The notes under the pieces: model-generated
The model's input: only the letters and a program-made list of their open reading frames with translations
Told to the model about the DNA's origin: nothing
Databases searched by the model: none
Shown here: piece by piece, positions 25,862 to 35,992 of the stretch
How the letters are laid out: every line of letters starts with the position of its first letter
Position numbering within the stretch: position 1 is the stretch's first letter
Position numbers and translations under genes: made by a program
Source: Eledone cirrhosa
Taxonomy: Eukaryota
Length of the DNA: 64,000 nt
Direction: 5' to 3'
NCBI GenBank assembly: GCA_964016885.1
Contig: OZ024760.1
Location: forward strand, 29,512,001 to 29,576,000

Positions 25862-25910
25862 CCGACCTGGTATTTTAGTTCTGGTCAATGATGCTGACTG
25901 GGAATTAATG
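25862..25910 (+). CDS. URM1: URM1 exon 4 (RPGILVLVNDADWELM)
   Basis: Acceptor ttattcttcag, donor ATG|GTAAGA; matches the URM1 motif RPGILVLINDADWEL. Confidence 0.97.
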
Positions 25911-26004
25911 GTAAGACTTCATCCTTATATTACTTCTGTATTATATTACTTCTGCATATATATATATATATATATACCTATATTATATTACTTCTGCATA
26001 TATA

Positions 26005-26330
26005 TCATCATCATTTCATTTTACGTCCACTTTTCCCTGCTTGCAAGGGTGGGACGGGAACTGATTCTGGCTTGATTTCTACAGCTGGATGCCCTTCCTA
26101 ACACCAACCTCATTTACAGTGAGTGCTGGGTGCTTTTTTGCCGTGGCACTTCCACGACCACTTTGCAGTGGAATGATAGGGACCCCAGTCCCTATCATCT
26201 CATTTCTACAGCTGAGTAAGCTGGAGCAATGTGAAATAAAGTGTCTTGCTCAAGGAAACAACACATCACCCGGTCTGAGAATTGAACTCACAACCTTTCG
26301 ATTGCAAGGCCAATGCTCTAACCACTAAGC

Positions 26331-26335
<5 letters not shown>
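26005..26335 (-). mobile_element. SINE family B
   Basis: Near-identical to the 22735 and 52656 copies. Confidence 0.88.
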
Positions 26336-26393
<58 letters not shown>

Positions 26394-26545
26394 AATGGCG
26401 TGCTGCGTTGTTGCAAATGGGATACATATGAATAAAATTAGAGCAAGAAGACAGGGCATCCGTCATCAGTGATCTTCCAGCCGTCATTGGTGTTTCTTTG
26501 CATTAAAGATCGTATACCTCTGGCTGGTGTGAGCAATAACTAAAA

Positions 26546-26629
26546 AAAGTTATTGGGACACGTAGAATAGGGTGAAGAGAGCGAGACGTCTCGCTCTCTT
26601 CACCCTATTCTACGTGTCCCAATAACTTT
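26546..26629. repeat. Perfect 84-bp palindrome with no spacer
   Basis: AAAGTTATTGGGACACGTAGAATAGGGTGAAGAGAGCGAGAC|GTCTCGCTCTCTTCACCCTATTCTACGTGTCCCAATAACTTT. Confidence 0.97.
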
Positions 26630-28811
26630 GTACTAAAGACAGGGCTACTGGTAGCAAGGGTTAGACAGGTCTAGATAGACTAAGTCAGTACTGAAGACAG
26701 AGCTACTGGTAGCAAGGGTTAGACAGGTCTAGATAGACCAAGTCTGTACTGAAGACAGAGCTACTGGTAGCAAGGGTTCGACAGGTCTAGATAGACCAAG
26801 TCAGTACTGAAGACAGAGCTACTGGTAGCAAGGGTTAGACAGGTCTAGATAGACTAAGTCAGTACTGAAGACAGAGCTACTGGTAGCAAGGGTTAGACAG
26901 GTCTAGATAGACCAAGTCTGTACTGAAGACAGAGCTACTGGTAGCAAGGGTTCGACAGGTCTAGATAGACCAAGTCAGTACTGAAGACAGAGCTACTGGT
27001 AGCAAGGGTTAGACAGGTCTAGATAGACTAAGTCAGTACTGAAGACAGAGCTACTGGTAGCAAGGGTTAGACAGGTCTAGATAGACCAAGTCAGGGTTAC
27101 ACAGGTCTATATAGACTAAGTCTGCACTGAAGACAGGGCTACTGGTAGCAAGGGTTAGACAGGTTTAGATAGACCAAGTCAGTACTGAAGACAGAGCTAC
27201 TGGTAGCAAGGGTTAGACAGGTCTAGATAGACTAAGTCAGTACTGAAGACAGAGCTACTGGTAGCAAGGGTTAGACAGGTCTATATAGACCAAGTCAGTA
27301 CTGAAGACAGGGCTACTGGTAGCAAGGGTTAGACAGGTCTAGATAGACTAGGTCAGTACTGAAGACAGAGCTACTGGTAGCAAGGGTTAGACAGGTCTAG
27401 ATAGACCAAGTCAGTACTGAAGACAGAGCTACTGGTAGCAAGGGTTAGGCAGGTCTAGATAGACCAAGTCTGTACTGAAGACAGGGCTACTGGTAGCAAG
27501 GATTAGACAGGTCTAGATAGACCAAGTCAGTACTGAAGACAGAGCTACTGGTAGCAAGGGTTAGACAGGTCTAGATAGACTAAGTCAGGGTTACACAGGT
27601 CTAGATAGACCAAGTCTGCACTGAAGACAGGGCTACTGGTAGCAAGGATTAGACAGGTCTAGATAGACCAAGTCTGCACTGAAGACAGAGCTACTGGTAG
27701 CAAGGGTTAGACAGGTCTATATAGACCAAGTCAGTACTGAAGACAGGGCTACTGGTAGCAAGAGTTAGACAGGTCTAGATAGACTAAGTCAGTACTGAAG
27801 ACAGAGCTACTGGTAGCAAGGGTTAGACAGGTCTAGGTAGACTAGGTCAGTACTGAAGACAGAGCTACTGGTAGCAAGGGTTAGACAGGTCTAGATAGAC
27901 TAAGTCAGTACTGAAGACAGGGCTACTGGTAGCAAGGGTTAGACAGGTCTAGATAGACCAAGTCAGTACTGAAGACAGAGCTACTGGTAGCAAGGGTTAG
28001 ACAGGTCTAGATAGACCAAGTCTGCACTGAAGACAGAGCTACTGGTAGCAAGGGTTAGACAGGTCTAGATAGACTAAGTCAGTACTGAAGACAGAGCTAC
28101 TGGTAGCAAGGGTTAGACAGGTCTAGATAGACCAAGTCAGTACTGAAGACAGAGCTACTGGTAGCAAGGGTTAGACAGGTCTAGATAGACCAAGTCTGCA
28201 CTGAAGACAGGGCTACTGGTAGCAAGGGTTAGACAGGTCTAGATAGACCAAGTCAGGGTTACACAGGTCTAGATAGACCAAGTCTGCACTGAAGACAGAG
28301 CTACTGGTAGCAAGGGTTAGACAGGTCTAGATAGACCAAGTCAGTACTGAAGACAGAGCTACTGGTAGCAAGGGTTAGACAGGTCTAGATAGACCAAGTC
28401 TGCACTGAAGACAGAGCTACTAGTAGCAAGGGTTAGACAGGTCTAGATAGACCAAGTCTGCACTGAAGACAGGGCTACTGGTAGCAAGGGTTAGACAGGT
28501 CTATATAGACCAAGTCTGCACTGAAGACAGAGCTACTAGTAGCAAGGGTTACACAGGTCTAGATAGACCAAGTCTGCACTGAAGACAGAGCTACTGGTAG
28601 CAAGGGTTAGACAGGTCTAGATAGACCAAGTCAGTACTGAAGACAGAGCTACTAGTAGCAAGGGTGAGACAGGTCTAGATAGACCAAGTCTGCACTGAAG
28701 ACAGAGCTACTAGTAGCAAGGGTTAGACAGGTCTAGATAGACCAAGTCTGCACTGAAGACAGGGCTACTGGTAGCAAGGGTTAGACAGGTCTAGATAGAC
28801 CAAGTCAGTAA
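26630..28811. repeat. Tandem satellite, 58-bp monomer, roughly 37-38 copies, in URM1 intron 4
   Basis: Monomer TACTGAAGACAGAGCTACTGGTAGCAAGGGTTAGACAGGTCTAGATAGACCAAGTCAG, with recurring half-unit variants. Confidence 0.97.
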
Positions 28812-29260
28812 TGTAGTGGGGCTACTGACTTTCCAGACAGGCCGGGGGTCTGTATCTCACATATGGTTCTGTGTTCTACGAAGTGCATGGCAGCAGTATT
28901 AGAGAGGTTGTCACATCTCTAACACAACTAAAGGGTCCTCCCAACCCTTTGTTTGGCAAGACTTCTATGGTTGGATGCCCTTCTTACCACCAACCTCTCT
29001 ATAGAGTGTACTGGGTGTGTTTATCATGTAGATCACCAATACTAGGGAGATTGTTGTGTCTTTGACACAACTGTATGGTCCTCTCAAACTTTTGAAGCAT
29101 GGTTTCTATAAGGGGGAGAGTGGCAGGCCTTCTTGTCACCAACCAACCTTACGTGGTGTACCGGGTACATTTTGTGTGTATGTATATGTGTAGACATATG
29201 TATGTACTGTGTATGTGTGTACATATGTTCATAAATGTGTATGCATGTATGTAAGGCATA

Positions 29261-32225
29261 CATCATCATCATCGTTTAATGTCCATATTCCACGCTAGCA
29301 TGGGTTTGGACGGGAATTGTCCCACTTGAGGCAAGATTGGTTGTCTTGCTCAGGACTCTCTGGCGGGTTTTCTACGGCTGGATGCCCTTCCTAACACCAA
29401 CCACGTTTACAGTGTGGAGTGGGATGTTTTTACCGTGTTACCTACACGACCACATTACAGCGTGGACTGTGTTTTTTTGTCGTGACACCTACACGACCTC
29501 ATTTATTTCGGACTGGATGTTGTGGTACCAACATAGCTTTATATCTTTCATGCGCATCACGTGACCATACCAACGTAGTCTTTTCTTGAGTAAACAGCAT
29601 CTGATCCCTCTTATTCCTAATTTCTCACTTAGTTCATTTATGCTTTGCCGTTCGCATATATTACTATTACACATCCAACGGAGCATGCAAGCTTCATTCC
29701 TCTCCAGTCTGCGTATATCCTCTGCACACAATGCCCAGGTCTCACTGCCATGCAACATTGCTGTTTGTATGCAGGCATCATACAGCCTGCCTTTTATTTT
29801 TAGAGAGAAACCTTTAGCGGCTAATAGTGGTATAAGCTCTCTGAACTTTTTCCATCCAGTACTGACTCTAGCTACTGTACTTTTGGAGCACCCTCCACCA
29901 CTGCTGATTTTGTTACCGAGGTAACGGAAGCTGTCCACTATTTCTATAGAACCCTCTGCGCAATGGAATGAGCTAGTATTCTGTGGGCATTTGCTGCTAC
30001 TTATTGCACCAGAGCACTGGCCACATATAAAATCTATATTCTTAGTTAGCTTACCTGTGATCCCACAACATCTTTTATGCACCCATACTTTGCATTTGGG
30101 ACATAAAATGGAGTTTCTGCCTACTCCTTTCCTACACACTGAGCATGGCCATTTCCCTATTCTCCTTCCTACATATTAGGACTTTAGTCTTAGACAAGTT
30201 AACTTTAAGGCCTTTTGATTCTAGGCCTTGCTTCCATGTTTGGAATTTCTTCTCAAGCTCAGCCATTGAATTGGCTATGAGCGTTAGATCATCTGCGTAT
30301 AGAAGTTCCCATGGGCAGCCAGTCTTGAACTCCTCCGTTATAGCTTGGAGGGCGATAATAAATAGGAGGGGGCTAAGGATGGAGCCCTAATGAACACCAA
30401 CTTTTACGCTAAACTCTTCACTATATTCGTTGTTAATTCTAACCTTGCTGACTGTTTCTTTATACATGGCTTGTATAGCTCTCACAAGCCATTCATCTAC
30501 ACCTAGTTTTCTAAGAGCCCACCAGATAGTGGAGCGGGGGTCTCTGTCAAAGGCTTTCTCCAGGTCTACAAAAGCTAAGTAGAGGGGTTTACTTTTAGCT
30601 AGGTACTTCTCCTGTAGTTGTCATACAATGAAAAGAGCGTCTGTGGTACTTTTACCTGACACAAACCCGAACTGCATTTCATCTAGATCAATTCGTTCTC
30701 TGATTAGTTGCGCTATTACTTTTTCTGTGACCTTCATGACCTGGTCAATTAATTTAATGCCTCTATAGTTTCCCCTATCTAGGGCGTCTCCTTTACCCTT
30801 GTAGCAGTTAATGATGATGCTGTTACGCCAGTCCTTTGGTATGACCCCATTCTGTATGGTTTACTATCTGGGTGACCATAGTGTGTCCCACCGTTCCAGA
30901 TGCTTTCAGCACTTCAGCAACTATTTCTGAAGGCCCAGCCACCTTGCCCGTCTTCATATCTTTGATTGCCTTACTTATTATACTACCTTCAACTTGCACT
31001 ACTGGTCCCTCTATTGGATCGATGTGGGGGGGAGGCTGTCTTTCTCCCATTTATTCTCCTCATTTAGTAGCCTTTCGTAGTGACACTTCCAAGCTACCTT
31101 CTTATCAGCGTCAGTGATGGCAAGTACACCATCATCATTACGGACACACTTCTCCCCGACAATATCACGGTTCTCCTTGACACATTGCCTAGCAATCCTG
31201 AACACCTCACGTTTTTGGTCCTCGCGTTGTAGAACATGCTTGAACTTTCTTTCCTCTGCTTCTCTTCTTGCGGAGTACACTTGTCTCCTAGCTTCCCTCC
31301 TGGCCACTTGATAGTTTTCTCTACTTCCCCCATCCCGCCATACTTTCCAAGCCTGCTTTTTGGTCTTGATCGACTCCTCCACCTTACTGTTCCACCATTA
31401 AGTTACTCTCCTCCTGCCTAAAGGTCTGCTCCAGCCACAGATTTCATCTGTCGCCTTCAGCAGGTTAGCTTTCAGGAATTCCCACTGTTCCTCTATATTG
31501 TACGACTCTAATTGCTCTTCCTTACTGTCAAAAGCAACAAGTAAGATGCTTTTAAATTTATTACTGGCTGTGGGGTCCTTTAACTTCCATATTCTTCTCC
31601 TAAGGATAGTCTTCCTCTGTTGTTGAATACGTCTCGTCCTGACTATGAGGTCGCTAACTATGAGGCTATGTTGGGAGGTGCATTCTTTATGGGGAAGGGA
31701 TTTAGTGTTTACAACAGACACTCTGTCTCGTCTTCTGGTAAGGATATAATCTATCTGACTGGCGTGTTCCCCTGATCTATAGGTGATCAAATGATTGTCT
31801 CGATTTTTGAAGTTTGTGTTACAGATAGTTAGATTATTTGCGTCACAGGATTCCAGGATTCTGGAGCCTTCCTCATTTCTAGTACCAAACCCATAGCCTC
31901 CATGGATTCCGTCATAGCCATCACAGTGTTGTCCAACGTGACCATTTAGGTCGCCAGCAATAATTATATAGTCACTGTCGGTTATTTGGGAGGTAATGAG
32001 CATTAACGACTCATAGAATCTCTCTTTTATAATGCCAGGCAGTCTGGGTTGGGGTGCATATGCAGATATTATTGTCACAATAGTTCTATTGAGGACAAGT
32101 CTTATTTTAATTATTCTGTCGTTCACTCTATTTACGTCTATTATCTTATCTACCCATTTTTCTGCTAGCATGATTCCTACTCCACCCAGCCCATTGCCAT
32201 TTTCCACCCAGAAAAGCTTATAGCA
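29261..32225 (-). mobile_element. Near-complete degenerate RTE LINE, antisense in URM1 intron 4
   Basis: APE endonuclease (GVG, SAYAPQ, AGDLNGHVG, QIDY), RT with YADD, PHD-like finger and (CAT)n tail; internal stops and deletions. Confidence 0.95.
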
Positions 32226-32430
32226 TCGTTATATATATATATATATGCATGTGTTATTTAAATCTACTATCTGTATTTGAATCTAGGTATATGTATAGGC
32301 AATGTGTATGTATGTGTGAAAATTAAGTCTACTGTCTGTTTATGTAGGTATATGTTATATGTGGGTGTTTATGAATCTAAATAATTATTTCTTTATATTT
32401 ATTTATGTATTTATTTTCTTACCTTTTCAG

Positions 32431-32499
32431 GGAGAATTAGAATATGTGATTGAACCAGAAGACAATATTGTATTTATTTCTACACTGCATGGAGGATAA
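32431..32499 (+). CDS. URM1: URM1 exon 5 (GELEYVIEPEDNIVFISTLHGG*)
   Basis: Acceptor ttttcttaccttttcag; C-terminal FISTLHGG followed by TAA. The five exons total 306 nt (101 aa + stop) with all phases consistent. Confidence 0.97.
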   Translation, partial: GELEYVIEPEDNIVFISTLHGG

Positions 32500-32561
32500 A
32501 CATTGATATATATATATAAATATATGTATATATATATATCAATATATAAATATATATATAT

Positions 32562-32965
32562 ATCATCATCATCATCATCATCATCACCGTTTTACATCCA
32601 TTCTTCCATGCTAGCATGAGTTAGACGGGTTGTCCTGTTGTGGGCAGTGTCCGGTTGGCTGACCTTGTCTTGCTCATACGGGAACTGATTCTGGCTTGAT
32701 TTCTACAGCTGGATGGCCTTCCTAACACCAACCTCATTTACAGTGAGTGCTGGGTGCTTTTTTGCTGAGGCACCTCCATGACCACTTTGCAGTGGAATGA
32801 TAGGGACCCCAGTCCTATCATCTCATTTCTACAGCTGAGTAAACTGGAGCAATGTGAAATAAAGTGTCTTGCTCAAGGAAACAACACATCACCCGGTCTG
32901 AGAATTGAACTCACAACCTTTCGATTGCAAGGCCAATGCTCTAACCACCAAGCCATGTGCCTTCA
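32562..32965 (-). mobile_element. SINE family B, directly after the URM1 stop codon
   Basis: Same head and body as the 52656 copy. Confidence 0.85.
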
Positions 32966-33272
32966 CAGCCTTCACATATATATATATATAGGAAAAAAGT
33001 CTGGACCTTGATGGCTGAGCTCCAGTTGTTTCGACAGCTAGATCTGAACTAAGCCACCAGTATATATATAAACATATATATATATATATAAACATGTATA
33101 TATATATATAAACATATATATATATATTGATATATATATATACACACACTTCTCAACCAGTTATAAATAAATCTTTCTCTTCTAACCGTTATTTCTTGCC
33201 TAGTCATTTGATTTTCCTGGTACTTTAACTTTAAATTTATAATTACTTGAAATCTCTAATTGGACTCTTACC

Positions 33273-33976
33273 CAGTGGCGTAACTAGAGATTTTGCGCCC
33301 GGGGTTTCTGAACCCGATCGATTCGAGCCAGAATCCTATTCCCAAATCCAAGCAACACGAAGAAGTGCAAGACAAGCATTTGGTTTAAAAGATGTTCTGC
33401 ATCACTTCGTGTGTCGGATCTCTCCTCATTATCCCCTATTAACTTTTGCAGAAGCTCGAGGATTCCATTCAGAAAGTTTGCAAGATGCTTTACAGCATCT
33501 GCTCTTGCGCTCCACCTGGTGTCCGATGGAGATTTCAGAATGAAAGGGATTGCTTGCTTTAACTTTTCCCAACGCCCTGTTGATCGCGAAAAGAACGCAA
33601 ACAATGACTCAATGACGTTGAAAAATGACATAACTTATGAGTTCCAAATGACACAACCGCACAGTGAAAAACTGTTCTTGCAAGTGACTTGCAACCACAT
33701 TTGGTAGGAGGTTCATTGAGCTGATTTATTCCTGTTCATTCATGCTGTACATACAGTGTACAGCCAAGACTGCACACCTGACCTCAAAGCGCCCCCTGTT
33801 CTGTCAAAAAAACGTCTAGGCATGCGTGTACAGTGTACTGTACACACGTCACGCACGAAAATGCGGGTATACTGTTTCAAAATTTGCAGCAAACAATCTT
33901 GCTTCAATTTTTAAGTCAACAATCTTGATCAATTTTGCGCCCCCCTCAAAACGCCGCCCAGGGGCACGTGCCCCCT
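33273..33976 (-). mobile_element. Internally deleted hAT transposon with a transposase fragment (33284-33631)
   Basis: FFNVIESLFAFFSRSTGRW...SDTRWSARADAV is a hAT/ZMYM1-type transposase segment. One end reads CAGTGGCGTAACTAG; the other has GC-rich subterminal GCGCCCCC/GGGGCACGTGCCCC motifs. Confidence 0.8.
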
Positions 33977-33999
33977 TTGTTGTTGTTTTTACTGTACAC

Positions 34000-35093
34000 A
34001 GTATCTTGACTTTGCGAAGGCCTTTGACAAGGTCAACCACGGAATGATATGTCACAAACTACACAGACTCGGAAAAGTAGGTGAGTGGCTGCATGATTTC
34101 TTAAAAAACAGAAGCCAGACAGTTGCAGTCAATGGGGCCCTCTCAAAGAAAACATAACAAGTGGGGTGCACAGTCTTGGGACCACTACTGTTTTTGGTGG
34201 CTCTCTCAGACATGCTCTCTGTAATACATACAACATCCCTCACTAGCTATGCTGATGATACAAAGGTAGCACAGACAATCAAAAACACAACTGATGCTGC
34301 CCTTTTACAACAAGATCTGGATGCCATATACAAATGGGCTGAAGACAACAACATGCAGGGTGGATCGAAATCTATACGAGACCTGGAGATAGACATTAGC
34401 GATGGCGCATCTTTTCCTTCACACATCATGAGGGTGGTGACAGTGTGCAGACGACCTCCTGGCTGGATCTTGAGGACTTTCAGGACCGAGAGACCATGTT
34501 GATACTATCGAAGACATTTGTCCCAAGCCACCTGGACTATTGCTCCCAACTGTGGTCACCCCATAGAGTCAAACTAACTACGGAGCTTGAGGTAATCCAA
34601 CGAAGCTACACCAAGAGGATTGCCACGATGAAGGAGATAAGCTACTGGGAGAGGTTAAAAGAACTAAGCCTCTACTTGAAACGAAGACGGGAGAGATATG
34701 CAGTGATATGCATGTGGAAAATCCTGGAGGGACTAGCACCAAACTTTGGCATTGGGAGCTGGACCAATCCCTAACAGGACGTCACTGTGTGGTGCCAAAG
34801 TTCTTGTCTTCCACATCTAGAATAAGGAGCAGATATTGCAATAATCTGGGGTTCAAGGGCCCTCAACTCTTCAACAAGCTGCCGAGGGATCTGAGAGATC
34901 TGCATGGTGTGGAGGTGGATGTTTTCAAGAAACATCTCGACACCTTGCTATCCAGGATCCTGGAGGAGCCCAAAGCAAGGTACGAAGGTAAGCTAAGGGC
35001 AGTAGCAACAAACTCCTTACACTGATGGCCAGCCAACACAGGCTGAATGTGTAACAAGGGTGGTGCTCCAGCCAGATGGCTGGAACAGGTAAA
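34000..35093 (+). mobile_element. Degenerate CR1/L2-group LINE 3' portion (RT)
   Basis: DFAKAFDKVNHG, VLGPLLFL, YADDTK, HLDYCSQLWSP, YWERLKEL and FNKLP spread across frameshifts. Confidence 0.88.
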
Positions 35094-35992
35094 AGAGTAT
35101 ATATATATATATATATAAGGATTAGAATACTGGAGCGTGTTTGAGTCAAACACCCTCTTCGTATTATAGAAATGACAGTAAAAGGTATAGCTCAACGCAG
35201 TTAAACAGAGCCGAAAAATTAAGAGAGTAAAACAAAGAATCCTTTAATACATCAAAAGTTTTTATTAGCAATTATATATATATAAATTTCTTATTACCAA
35301 AATTGATAATTAGTGATTGATAGTAATTACTAAAATCTTTATTTCTGCCTGTATCATATATGTTACCATCTTGAAATAAGTATATATTGTTCTGTATATA
35401 TGTACAAAATAATAGTAGTATATATACTAATTTATATATAGAAACGGAATGAGAGCGAGGTAAGACGTGTGTTATCTCGCTTCTTTCCGTTTCTATATAT
35501 ATATATATATATAGGCAATAGGCCTGTTGCCTACATAGAGCACTCTTTTTTCCTGGACTTTTCCGATGGAATTACTTCATTCACATATATATATATATAT
35601 ATATATTTTTTAATAAATAAAATGTTAGCTATAAGTATGACTAATTTACTCAGTAGGATTGCGGCGATGCACGTAGCGGTTGGGACTTCGTCGCCTACTT
35701 ATGTATGGCGTGACCATTCTATGTGTCTGAAGATCGAATCGTTGCGAGGGCACGCGGCTACGGCAGCTGGGACTATTTGCAGGCTGGCTATATGCTGGCC
35801 TGCGTCCCGGACCATGCGAACAATCGATTTTTGGTGTAGATTTGATTAGAATTATCTCCCTTTATATAGAGTTACTTCCCCTATATGGAACTTTTTTTTC
35901 TTTTTCGATTGACTTCCGGTTCTTTGAAAGAAAATTATTTTGGATGTTGATTTCGTACGAAGAGGTTGGTCATGTTTTCTCTGCTATATACG

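Noticed and set aside
26440-26500. CTGATGA on the minus strand near the palindrome
   Set aside because: No stem II-GAAA-stem III arrangement follows it.
6110-28811. Possible CRISPR-like arrays (70-bp, 76-bp, 54-bp and 58-bp repeats)
   Set aside because: Units are head-to-tail with no unique spacers, there are no cas genes, and the context is eukaryotic.
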